From Tubiluchus corallicola (taxonomy: Eukaryota > Animalia > Priapulida), in NCBI GenBank assembly GCA_030141605.1, contig JAQGDQ010000248.1:62001-126000 (forward strand): a DNA stretch of 64,000 bases. The letters run 5' to 3'. Numbering within the stretch: the stretch's first letter is position 1; every line of letters begins with the position of its first letter. The notes beneath the pieces are model-generated. The model did no database searches, was not told the origin of the DNA, and worked only from the letters and a program-made list of their open reading frames with translations. Below, piece after piece: positions 25,182-59,633 of this stretch. The translations under genes and the position numbers were made by a program.

Positions 25182-28100
25182 TTATTGCCGTTGCCGTTCT
25201 TGATGCACGTTGAGTTTAGTTGTAGCGTGCCAGGTTGGTGAAACCTTGAGAACTGCAGTTTTTTCTGGCGAAGATTCGCTATTAAATGCGGCTGCTGTCT
25301 CAGCAAAGTTAGAAAAATTTTCACGAGTGTCGTGTGATTGTGAACTGATCTTCATGAAATGCGAAAAACCCGTCCGAAAAGGCTGTTCGTTAGACCTGCT
25401 AGTGCATCCTGCTGTGTACTTCAAAAATGCCGTCCCATTCAAAGAACAAAGCTTAAATTCTCGCTGCTGTGTGAAACAGTCGCTCACCGCATACACCTGC
25501 AAAACCAATAAAAAATATTTGGCATTAAGCATTTTCACAGTTTCATAGTGTGCGCGCGCAGTTGCTGTAGTTCAAAAGTTACGTATACTACAGCCCACGT
25601 CATAACCAAAACCCGCACGTGACGTGTGTAAAACAAAGCCTTCTGCCGCATCATTTCAGTAACTTCAGTTGTTTTACGTGGTCTTTACTTAACTATGCAT
25701 TAGCCTGTGGGTAGAGTGATTTACTAGCAGGATTTTGCTTGGGAATAAGAAAGAATGAACTAGCTAGCTGTTAAAACTACTACTATTACAGTACCTTAGG
25801 CTGCGACGCGTTGTCAAGTGTACACAAATACGTTGTCTGGTACGCTTAACTTTTGACCTTTTCGCGATCATCATCATTCGCTAGAACTATGAAAAGGCTT
25901 GTTTTGCTACATGGCAGAAAATCTGTATGCAATCGATGTCACGCAAATCATCTCGTAAAAAATTTCCCCTCTAATACGGCAACTTTTATGTTAAACAATT
26001 TTTATATGGGAAATCGCAGTGAACAATTAGTAGATGACACGTGGCAGAATGATCGCTTTTTATGGGTTTGACTGGTTCTGTTTGATAAAAATGGTTGTAC
26101 TAAGTCCGCACACGAGAGCGTGCACACGAGCAAAAATGCTAGTCACACAAGTTGTTGCACACAAATTTTTGCCTCATTTTTGTCTGTACATACGTTTAGG
26201 AATTATACAAAATTCAGCAAATTTCGTATGGCATGCAATGTAATTAGAACACGTTTCCCAATAAAAAACATCGTCTGTATTTTTAAGTCATTTTTAAACG
26301 TTTTCTGAGACTCAGCGATTCTGCCTCGATATTTTCGTGCCCTTAATTAAAGGGAAAGAAAGGGGAATTTTAGAATATATCACAACGAGCTTTCCAAGTA
26401 AAGTTATATTGCTTAGCGTTGCACAAGACTTATGTAGTTGGAAAAGAAAATGTTAATAATTTAAAATATTCGCGCCACGTAGTAAAACGGTACTGCATCG
26501 CCCATCTCAATGTGCATTACTGACTCACCAAAAAAAACAACTACTTGATCTTATTGATAATATAAAGTATTAAAACTTTTAAAAGTTAGCGAAGAGAGTG
26601 GTTCAAATGTCTGATTATTTTTTCAAACTTTACGTAATTTTATCTACCGTTAAAATGGCTGCACCTAACTGTCATCGCGGGTGTTTAAATTCACAAGTTT
26701 TATGCAACATTGCTGCTAATACAAGCTCTGTGTGCTATAAGTCAGCAGTATGTAGACGATACAAAATTTCAAAACAATTTTTTCACTTCTTCATGAAGAT
26801 CATCTTATTGTGCCTTAACATAGGATAATCGTAAATGCCATTATTTTTTCAAGAATGACTTAGGTGAAAGAATTATTACCACAGAAATTTAATGTCGCCT
26901 ACGTGCGGCTAGTTCTTCACTGTTACATGCATTTCATCATTCGCTAGTTAGATGGACAATAGCTCCCCCATCTCAAAACGCGTTGCACAAAAAACGGGCG
27001 CTGTACCTCTCAGTTCAGGTATTTCTCGGTTATGATGTAGTGCACCCGTCTGAGAGCTAATCGATGAGCAAAACGGTAAACTTGAAAATTTAAAATTAAA
27101 ATTTGAAGACTTTGTATTTCACAGTGAATATTGTGCAGTAACACTGCACTTCGCACGCACATGCAACAAGCTCGTGAAATGTTTGTGTTTTATTGCAAAT
27201 TATATGCAGTTGTGACAGCGTCACTAGCTGGGTTCACCGGCCGTTAATTAAGTTTTTAATCGTAATTAAATTATCAGAAACACTTTGGCATTATTATACG
27301 TGTTAAAATGCATACTTTTGACCGTACTTCAAAATCGGGTAGGATATACAAAATTATTCTGTTTTCCTTTACAACGGATCTTCAAAACAATGCGGCATTT
27401 TATTGAACGCGAACGCCAGACATAGTTTTCCTGACTTCCACAAGGTGAGATTTTTGCAGACTAAATTGGGGAAATTTACAAGAAAGCTCGAATTACGATG
27501 AGGTAATAACTAAAATGTTAAATTGCGTTTTAATATTCAGTAGCTCCCTTGACCAGAATACTGTTTTAGCATTCTCGTGTTAAACAGTTCAAAAATATTG
27601 AAAAAAGGTATGAAGGTCATGCATATCAGTCCCAGGCTCTAACGTAAGATATAAATCGATTCACAACGTATCCCTGCTAAAATAATTCTAGTTCATCATA
27701 AAAACTGTACTATCTTTAAAAACGGGGCCAGTTTTTGACGTTTTTAATAACTAGTGTTTATGTTTTCCTAAATCATCTCGTGTTAATACTCACTCCTACG
27801 TAACAAAGTTTTCCATCATGCTGCTGCTTCTTCTTTATGCGTACGTCATCTGGCAAAGAAGCCCAGTTCAGCTTGGTAAGCGTTGGCTCTACATCATTTT
27901 CGCAGTACAACGTCCGAAGCAATGTCTCACCATTTAGGATGTCAAAGATTTTAGGCGTCCCAACGATACTTTCTAGAGACTGTTTCGAATCCTCTTGATT
28001 CTATAAAAATTAGTAAATGTCTAGTTATTTAACGATTTGTTCAATATGATATAACGTCAGTTCAGACTTAAGGGAAGGCCAAGCCTACTAAGAGGATAGG

Positions 28101-29506
28101 TTTTTCAATGTTCGCGAAAAATGTTAGAATGATTGAGTAATAAAACTGCAATAAGCACGTCATGTAACTAGCAAAATCACTTTGAAGTCGCGATTAGTTC
28201 ATGCGTGGGCGCTCCCATTTTCATTGCCCATTCTTCTTCCATGACGTCATTAGTCTTGAAGAAAAGCAGCGCACTGTGAATCATCATCAAAAGAATAATA
28301 TGTTTTTACAAAAAAATAAGATAGCTAATTTTGAAAGATCTTTGTGTGAACATTAGGTAAGCTGCAGAAGTTAGAATTAGTTCAAAGAGTACGCGCTTAC
28401 GGAAAATCACGACGCGCTTACGAAAAGTCACGAAGTCTCCCAGTTATGTCATGATTTTCAAGTGAATGGCGGCAACCACCACGCCTGAAAATTAATATTC
28501 AGAGGTAATCTAATTAAATTAATGCTTTATAGGCAGTTATTTGCAAATTTCTTTGTTATTAGTTTAAGTTTAAGTGGTAACAGTAAAATAAACCCAACAT
28601 ATAGAATGATATGTTCTTTCCTTTAATACATTCTCGTTTTAAAGGGGAAGACAGAGAAATTTTAAAGTATATGCAAAAAGACTTTCTGTACAAAGTTATA
28701 TTGCTTACCTGTTTGAGAGACTCGTGTAATTGGAAAAAAAATTCTTGATAATTTAAAATATTCGCACCACCTGGTAAAACGGCCCCTTCCCAATGTACAC
28801 AATTAATTCACCAAACAACACCCTATTGAATATTGACGACAAATCCACTAGCGGGAAATCTTGTTTTGAGTAAGTCTGCGATAGCTCATCACAATAGTGG
28901 TGATTTAGTTAAAACTTATACACCAAATGAATTCTCAAAGATTGCTTTCGGTTCATGACAGAGTTTGTCGAAATAAGAGAAAAGATCGAAAAGAAAAACA
29001 GACTACGGTGTGCGTTATAATGACTTTTGAGATGTGTATGGTGTATCTATTTTGATTGTCTGACAATGATAAGAAAAAACAATGGTAGAATGTTCGCCGC
29101 GTTAGTAGCATTGCAAAAAATGTAGTCTTGAGCACGCAAAAAATAAAGTATCATACTTTTGCGCGCATCAATCAGATATTTTTTCATTTTTTTAGGATAA
29201 ACGTGTTTAATAAGTAGAATGTACCTGATCAGTTTGTCTTAGTCTCAAATCCTGTTCCTCCCATTCATCTGAGACCAACCCTTGTCGGTCCTGAAGTTTT
29301 GCAAAGTTTTCAAACATTGTAATATCCATCCTGTCAGACGACTGCAACGTTGGTGTTGGCGGTAGTGATGACGGTGTCGGTAGGACGTGTTGGGCCTCAA
29401 GTTTCACTTTCCTGTTTGTAGGCCAACGTAGTCTGCTCTGACTGTGACTGAATGCAGCCACTGAGGCCGCAATCACAAAAAACGAAAAGTGGACGGGTAA
29501 CATCAT
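25182..29506 (-). CDS. Uncharacterised predicted secreted protein (267 aa, 3 coding exons)
   Basis: Exons 29506-29225 (94 codons, MMLPVHFSFFVIAASVAAFS signal peptide-like), 28000-27794 (69 codons), 25496-25182 (104 codons plus TAA). Both introns are GT-AG with polypyrimidine tracts and phase 0; all exons are open. Confidence 0.75.
25530..25890 (+). repeat. ~350 bp dispersed repeat, copy 1 (copy 2 at ~32518-32888)
   Basis: Shared blocks TTTCACAGTTTC, GTAAAACAAAGC.TTCTGCCGCATCA, TGTGGGTAGAGTGATTTACTAGCAG, GTACACAAATAC.TTGTCTGGTAC. Confidence 0.85.
26395..27240 (+). repeat. Dispersed repeat family (probable non-autonomous DNA element); partial copies at ~500-720, ~12400-12620, ~28680-28840, ~36945-37300 (-), ~42700-42760 (-), ~48800-49200, ~55500-55800
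   Basis: Shared motifs AAAGTTATATTGCTTA...GGAAAAGAAAAT...ATTTAAAA, CATTCGCTAGTTAGATG, AACGCGTTGCACAAAAA and CTGTACCTCTCA recur across the window. Confidence 0.7.
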
Positions 29507-30087
29507 TGTACTAAGTTTAAATTTTGTTCTTTGGGCAAGTCTTATAGCAGCACGGGCTTCTTTTATATGGAAAGACGCGAGCAACCCACACGTCTGACAT
29601 GCACCTGTAAAATTAGCTTAATTTAAAATGAAAAAAAGATGCGCAAATTTTTAAGTCTGCGTGCGTTTTCAAGAAATAATAATAATAAATTGTCGCATAA
29701 TAAACATTTTCTCAGAAGAAGGAGAAACGTGATCATATTTGTTGCATGCGCATCCCATGATGCATCAGCTGACGTCCTTGCCTGTTTTGGCTCTTACATG
29801 CAAAGGTCTCTTAGCCAGCATTGACTAGTGAGACCTACTCTAACGGGCAATGAAATACCTATGATCTTCATCCTTGTTTTGGCTCACCTAGCACTGAAGT
29901 TGAATCCAAATGTGATGTAGCAAGTGATTTTTTTTTTGGTTTTTAGTAATTATTTGAAGAAGCCTTTAGAAAGTTTTAGAAGAGCAAAAAAGAGTTTTTA
30001 ACACAAGGTGCAGGATCCCGAATGCTTCCACAGAGAGAGAGAGAGGGGGGGCGGGGGGAAGAGAAGGAGGAAGGAGGGAGGAAAAGG

Positions 30088-30484
<397 letters not shown>

Positions 30485-31562
30485 TCGTCTTTAGTCAGAA
30501 TCGGAGTGTGGTTTCGATTCACTGCATGTACGCTAATGTTTTGTTATGCGCATTGAAAGTTTATTTAATGCATAGAATAAGAAGCAATATTCATTGTGTT
30601 AAATTCTAGCAAAAGTGTTGTACTAAACTTTTAAAACACGAAAAAAGTTGTCTCAAACATTAATTTTTAATAGCCGAACTGGTAAGCAAAGAGATTTTTG
30701 AAGAAAGACCATGTGTTCGAGTCATTACATTGCAACTTATGCTTTATTTGTCGTTTCAGTATTCTTAAATTACTGTCTTTACGCTAAAGGAGTTAAGGCT
30801 TTACTTGAACATTCTACGGCCACATTTAACTCAGTTTTGACTTATTTTTACCATACATTGAATGCAGAGATCTGCAAACTATCCAGATCTTCTCCTTTCT
30901 GACAGAACAGGGAAATATCGTTTAGTTACACTTTGTTCTTTTTTCTTCTTTTTCACAAGATGGTCACTTATTAAAAACCATCACACAGTTAAGAAATATG
31001 GTGTTTATTTATTAAAACAATATTGTTTTAAATTACAATGTAATGTAGTTACTAACATCTACAAATAGCTAACTTATTTTCTGACATTAAACATACGATA
31101 CTCGTAATGCATCTCACTAGTACTGATTGAATTTGTTTCGAAGTTATTAAAAATTTAATTTAGCTTTAAACAACACCGAATATGACAGTTACTTCAAAAT
31201 ACCGAGAGAAATGGGCTTACCAACGCTATAAATTACCATTTATTAACGCGAAAATGTAGAAGATACAAAAATGCACAAATACGGTAACTAAAAGCAGGCC
31301 TAATATCGTTTAATGATTAATACATATTCTATAAGCCACGCACCTAAATCACATGAACGTTATTGAAACATAGGCTGGTGTCAAGTTAATATTCACATCT
31401 TTCCTTCACACCAAAACCATTAAACATCTTAATTTTAATAGAAAATAGATCTGTTATTGTTTATAATCGACTTTTCTGATGTTATAGTTCTAGACTTAGA
31501 AATTGAAATCAGGCGTACCGCAATTTGCACTAAAAGTAAGTCTACCCAGAAGATTAACATTA

Positions 31563-31914
31563 CTGCACGTTCAGACTAGCGAGTTTTCTCGCCAAGGTAA
31601 CTCCCCAGGTAAATTCGTCAAATAAACTAGCCAAGTAACTCGCCAGGTAACTCGTAAGCGTATTCAGACTAGAGAGCAGAACTTGCTGCGAGTTACCCTC
31701 ATGTAGTAAAGCGTGAATTGCCTTCTCTATTCGTTACGAGTAGTGTCATGAGTAACTGGCTGAGGCGTTCACACTAGACAGTAAATCAACTCGAAGCAAC
31801 TGTCGGAGAGTTTGCAATTTCTTGTCGACAGTAATTTGCAAAGCAGTTGAATTTTGCGAGTTTGATGTCAGAGAGAAAACTCGTGGCAGAAAACTCGCTA
31901 GTCTGAACGCATCG
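31563..31914. mobile_element. PIF/Harbinger (Tourist-like) MITE, copy 1
   Basis: TIR CGTTCAGACTAGCGAGTTTT ... AAAACTCGCTAGTCTGAACG with TTA target-site duplication on both sides. Confidence 0.85.
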
Positions 31915-32412
31915 TTACCGTAGTGAACGCAAAATAATTAATCGATACTTACTAGCTACGAATAACACTACATGCATATTTAAACATTAGCTACAACTGA
32001 CAATTTTTAAACATTAACTAATTAATAAGATTGGACACCCAGGCGAATGTTCGCCTTATTATTATTTAGTGAATTTTTGGCATAGGTGACACACACTAAC
32101 CAAAGATTCATCATAGAACAACATTACAAGACACAGGCTCACTCTAGCGGACAAATACTCATTAAATGGCGTTTACTTAGCATCCGGAAAGCGTATGTGT
32201 TATCTGTATATGGAATAGATAAAATCGATTTATATTGTTTTTAATGCACCCGTTTATTAGACCTGTGTTATTTTTCTGCATTTGTTTCCTTTAATTTTTT
32301 TAAACGCAGCTATTCCGCAGGTGGATAACGCATAATGCATACGCATTTCGAAAGTCAGTTAAATGCCTTTTTAGACGGCACTTCCTGTGAATTTTTTGTA
32401 CGTTTGTGAAAT

Positions 32413-53334
<20,922 letters not shown>

Positions 53335-54096
53335 TTTTGTTTTATGAAACAATATGAGATGTATTTCTAGTATCCTGGCCTAATAATTTTTAGGCACTGA
53401 ACTATTTCTAATATTTCAACTGTTTTAGTTAAATGCTGAATTACACTAATCCTTTTTCATAGCTGTAAAATTAAGAAACGTAAGTCCCTTAATTCAGAGC
53501 TCGATAGTAGTGGGCCTAGATGACGCCGAGAGATCAGTTGCTCTGATTTGAATGATGCTATAGTTGGCCTTGTTGAAGTATAAGCTCTCTTTTGCCACTT
53601 CCGGTAAATAGGCGCGCATGTCATTCGCGCTGCTGTGTCTGGCCGTTTTTCATAATTATAAGGCCTATATCTCTGATTACACGACAGGGCTAGTCTTTAG
53701 CTATCTAGAATTTGCATAATTTTTTTATGTCTGAATTAAAATTAGTACGATCCCAGTTCAAGGGATTCTCCAGAATCAAACCAACTAGTGTGATTTTTGC
53801 AAATAATTTTACTAGAGATATGTTTTTAGTTGCTATGTTAGATGTAAAAAGTCGCTTCTCTGCATAACAGCAAGCCCTTTTAAGTCTAAGATTCGCCATT
53901 ATCTTGTCCATCAAACCCAACAGTAGACCATCAACGTTGATACTCAAAAATGTAAAATATTTGTAAAACTTCTAAAACAACAGTAGCAAAAACCTGTGAC
54001 GTCAAAATTACTTTGCAACTTATAAGGAAAAGCCGGTGTGTTTCAACACGATATTTTTTTCTAATGATATATGTTCATTTGAAGTTAGCCATAAAT

Positions 54097-54430
54097 ATTC
54101 ATTCATTCATTCATTTGTTCGCTCGTACGTTCGTTCGCGTGTTCGTTCATTCAGTCCTTCATTTATTCATTTATTCATTTATTCATTTATTCATTCATTC
54201 ATTCATTCATTCATTCATTCATTCATTCACCCATTCATTCGTTAATTGATTAATTAATTCATTCGTTCGTTCATTCATTCGTTCATTCATCCATGTATTC
54301 ATTCATCCAATCTATTCATTCATTCATTCACTCGTTCGTTCGTTCATTCATTATTCATTCATTTATTCATTTGCTCATTGGTTTAGTTATTTGTTTGATC
54401 GTTCTTTCATTCACTCTTTAATTCATCTTT
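54097..54430 (+). repeat. (TTCA)n imperfect microsatellite
   Basis: Direct reading. Confidence 0.92.
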
Positions 54431-57400
54431 CATTTATATTATTTGCTCACTTATAGATTCTTTAACTGCTGTGTTTGTGCATTCAGTTCTTCCTTACTTT
54501 GCTGGTCAGTTCATTCACTCGTCTTTTCATCTATTCAGCTTGGAGGATACTTCATTGGTAAGTCAGTCAGTCAGTCAACCAGCCAGTCAGTCAACTAGAT
54601 AGTCAGTCATTTCTCGCAACTATGCTATTACAGTTCGCACTGTGCTTTCCGTTATATAGAATGAAGTTATTACACAAGCTTGGAAAGGCCTCATTGCTCT
54701 GCTGAATTCTCTGTTGATAGCAATGTTTATGTCGTTAATCCACTGAGATTATTCTGAGATTATTGTATGGTATCTAATTGCTTGCAAGTGAGCCTCTCGA
54801 GCTGTTGCATATGAAACCTAACCAAGTGCTGGTGTGCACATTACTGGCAGTTCCTGTAGGGATCACACAACATCTCTGTTTTTGGAAGCAAAATTCTCTT
54901 TGACGGCGCGAAATTTGTTCGAAATCTTATTCAGAGCAGACGTGTGTCTTTTTTACATATCTATGGTGGACACAGTAGTAGAAGTAGAAGTATAAAGAGC
55001 GAGTTTAAAGAATAGAATATTTGAATCCACCTCAGATTAATACATAATATGAGCTTACAAATTGTAGAAATTCTGCATGTGGTTGAATGGTTCAATAACT
55101 TGTGGGCTCTCAAACTATGATTGCTTTTATTACAAGGCCTAACAATACAGACTCAACCAATGCAAAAGAGCAGTGACTATTGATTGATTACCAAAATTTT
55201 GCTTTAAGTTATTTTGGAAGTACATTTTGGCGATCAATTGTATTTTGCTTTATTGTTTTTTCAAGATAAACGTAATTGAAAAACTCGTTGAAAGTACTTG
55301 TTAGAGGATTTGAGCCAAGACAAAAACACTAAACTACATTAAAAGTTAAAGGAAAACCAGACCCAATCTTGAACTGTAGCTCAAAGGAATCTGCTCTATA
55401 AATTATTGAAAAGGAACATACTATTTTTTCAAGAATAGTTTATGTAATAGATTGTGTAATTTGTGGGATTGTGCGTTAGTGCCGGTAATTCTTCTGTATA
55501 ACATGCAATTTGCCATTCGCTAGTTAGATGAGCACTAGCGCCTACGTCTCGGAAACGCGTTGCACAAAAACATACTGTACCTCTCATTCAGAATAGTTCA
55601 GCTGTGACGCAGAGCACACGTTCGAGAGTTCATGCGTAAACTTGAAATTTGAATTTTAAACTTAAAATATGCCCAGTTTTTGTATATCACACTGAATGGT
55701 GTACGATAGTTTTCGCAAACATATGCAACACGATCATGGAATGTTTGTGCTGTTGAAACTTATGTTCAGTTGTGGCGTTATCATGAGGTGAGCTCGTCCG
55801 GTGTTAAAAACCTGAAATTGTGAAAAAAATTCAAAAAGAAATTACAACAAAACCAATAAACAACACAAAAGAATAAAAGACACATAATAAAAAGAATAAA
55901 CAGCAGACTTCTAAAAAAAAAGTTGAAATGGCTCTGAAGAATCAGTAAGCATAGTAATCGCACAGAAAAAACATTTTGAAAAAACCTGGAAATTTAAAAA
56001 ATAAAGCTAGCTAAAAATAAGTGGGTATTTCGGTTAAAATTTCTTAATTGAAAACGTTTTTATTTGATGCATATATGCCATTTTCACTTTAAGTTAAAGA
56101 GTAGGTGAGTATTTTATCAGTAAGCACATATGCTTCATTTGTTGTGCAGCAACTAATTACATTTTATTTTACCAGAAAGTACAGAGGGATAATGATTTAA
56201 GACATTCGATTTACCTTAAGCTACGACTCGCTGTTAATGCAGCTTGATGACTTGTTTACAGTTCAAGCCCGTTACGGTTTTCTGACCTACAGTCGGGTAC
56301 AGGAAAACTCAACTTGTTCGTGTTTTTTTCTAATCTCCAAACAGGAAGTCGTACTTTGCTACAGGAAATTTTGTGTTTTGAATCTCCTTGCTGGACTCTA
56401 TCCAAGAAACTAATATTAGATATAGGGAGGTCTTTAAGTCTTTATCAATCAAGTTCATAGCCGTCTTGCTCACGTCTTCCCACAGAACACCGCCTGCTTC
56501 GTCAGTAAATGTCATTTACATATCTGCTCGTGAGTTATAAAACTATGCAAACGGCTTCAGTAATTTCAAAACAGTCTGATTTATAGAAGTACTGCGAAGG
56601 TACACACCGTGGTTTCGGCAGGCCTCTTAACAGTTATTGATTATCTGCTGAAACCATCGATTATTATTTATTATTATAAATCTTTATTTTTAAAGACTGT
56701 GTACAAAGCACAATCCCTCTATTTGTAGGGATCGGCCTGAACAGCTGAGTGGTTAGGACGTGGTTTAACTTCGCTCCCAAGTTAAAGATTTTTTTATTTG
56801 GCTTACCTCTACATATGCACATAAAATACAAAATTACATATAATAATTACAATAACAAAATTACGTTGACAAGGGTAAAGACAAACCAACCTCGGAATGA
56901 GGAGAAGCACCAGTTTTTGTGCCTTACTACTCCGGTGTTGTGACAGGCATCTGTGCAGAGACAATCTAAAAGTTTGTGAAAGTTAGCGCATACAAAATAC
57001 AAACAACTTCGAACTGATGATACTAATGTTGTACAATAAAATTTGGTTATTTGAGTAGAATATACCCTGATAAGAAAAGATGATCAAAACTGTCTCCAAA
57101 GCTGAATACTTATGTGTGACGGGATACAATAACAACCATAAATAGAATGGATAACAGCATCTAGTAATTGCCAACCGCCAAATGAATGTAATGATTATAA
57201 ATTTCTAAAATAGATATTAAAGATATAAAATAGACCTCGACTCGGGTATCAACATTGCCACATTATAAATGCCAATTTCATACATTATACCTGATATCTT
57301 CGCCAGCTTGGCTTTAACATAGTTAAGGTGATTGTTACAAACTTGCTGTAGCCACGAGTCCTCGACATGTTATTATTTGTTATAGCCCTACTGTATTTAA

Positions 57401-59633
57401 CACATTTTTTCTCTTCAATTTTATGTGCAAAATAAAATTTTTGATATCTGTGCTTGACCTGCCTTTGAAAAACAGTTGGTTTTTTCAAATTAAGAAATAA
57501 TTAACAACTAGTATGAAAGCAATTGCTTAGTTTGGAGTTTTGGTAATGACTACGTTTTGGTTAATTTAAATTTGGGTAAAAGGCATTTTTGCAAAAATTC
57601 GCCGAGAAATTGTCAATTTTGCTCTAGCCACTCACAAATGAGTAGGTAAGTAGTACCAGTAAAAGCAAAGGTGTGGCTAGATTTATTATGTAGCACTCTA
57701 GCGCCTCGGAACCTTATCAATGTATTAGCAATTTTCAATATTATTAGTTTTTTGAGAACTTATTTTGACTGTGTTTAAGTCGTAGCGAATAAATACGTTG
57801 TATTGACGTCTGTCGCAACATCTTCTCATCGACACATATTGTAAGCCAAGATTTCTTGTATTGACTTCGCTATCTGTTATTAAAAAGTGTAAACAAGACT
57901 TTTTGAAGTTTTTGACCAAAAGAAAAGTAAGTGTATTTTGATGCGACAGGTTTGCTGAAAATCATTATATTAGACACAATATAAAACACGTTTTAGTTTT
58001 TTTCCTTAAACAATATATGCGGACTAAAACGTTGCTAATGTATCGATGACTCTGAACTTCTTCCCTTTACATATGTATATAAGCTTTAATAAATAGAATG
58101 ACCAATTGACCATATTTGAATCAGTTTCAATTTATTTCAGCTTATAGCACAAAGTACTTGGAGCAATACGGTAACAGTATTATTGTATATTGTTATTACA
58201 ATTGCAGCAATGAATGTAATAACTAATATACACTCGAATTAAAACATTACGTGAAACATTTGCACTTTCTCAACACCCCGTGTACTGCCTCACCTCTATC
58301 ATGCAAGAATTTATTGATAATAATTCCAAAACAGACTGGGTTGTTAATACCTATCATATTTTGTTTTAGTAATTTAGTAATATATGATGTCTAACTCTTA
58401 TGCATCACCAGCCTTTATCTAAGCTTTGTTGTAACATGCTACCCTCGGAAAGTGCACTGTTATAGTGTATTGCCCCCCGAAGACTTATACTTGTTCAGAA
58501 GTGTGTTTGCGCTGATAGGTTGCGCACTTTTGGGAATTGAAAGATATCTAATTGTGAGGCAACATGACGGCCGTGAAGTAAGCCAAGTAACATTGACATG
58601 CCAACAATTATTTCAATGGAATAAAATCAAATTCAACCAATTATTGATTGTACACTGGTTAACATTAGATAATAAACAAACTGATACACTCGCTGAAACA
58701 AATGACACTAGGGGTGAGCAAACACTCCCAAAAATCGAATAAAATTTTTGGCCTTTGAATTCGAATTTAAAGATTTTGATTTCGAATTTAATATTAAATA
58801 TTTTCGAATGAATTTCGAATCAGTAAATAATGTACACAAAAAATTTTTTGGTTGACAAAGATTGTCATGTAGGCCACTATATTGCCACTAAGATAGTGAT
58901 TTATTTATGTAACTAAAATTAAAAATTGCAGTTAAAAAATAGCGTGATACACTTAGTAATCTAGTAAATCGTCTTTTTAAGGTGATATGTTGTTTTGCGT
59001 GTCTTGCAAGTTACCTCTGATGACAAGTAGTAATTCATTAGTTTTGCTTAAAAAGCTATATTTTGCTAATTATATAGGCTAAGTACTCGTTTCTATAGGA
59101 AATGCTATTAAGGCAAAATTTTTTCGAAATTATTATAGTATGACCTGAAATGCAGACTGCAGATGATAGTGGACACAAACACACCCCAAATAATTGCCTG
59201 TCCCACTATTTATCTTTATTTTACATCAGCTCGTAAAGATCGTGCATATTGCTTTTGTTCTATGCTAAGAAGTGCTTGCTAAAAAAGCGCACAGAAGTCA
59301 TAGCGAAATTGTTTGGATTGAATGCTATTTTAAAAGTTTTAATGACCAAAAATGAATGTAATTAACTAGAGTATTGAATTATTCCTATCCACAATTTTAG
59401 ACTCATGCAAATTCAGATTAAAAAATCCTCGCTCGACTCGAGCCGGGTACCCCGTACATATGTTTGCTCTCGAATTGGCTTGTGAAATTTTTAATCATAA
59501 TTAATACGTTAGATACATTTGTTACAACACATTCTGTGCAGCATGCGTGTAACTAAGTCATGTAGTAAGATAATATATAAGCAGAATGTCTTCCTCGAGA
59601 AACTATAACAAATGTGTTGTTTTTATTTCCAGA

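Noticed and set aside
56480-56635. CTGACGA and CCGAAAC motifs on the minus strand suggesting a second hammerhead
   Set aside because: The motifs are in the wrong order and spacing, and no consistent stems could be drawn.
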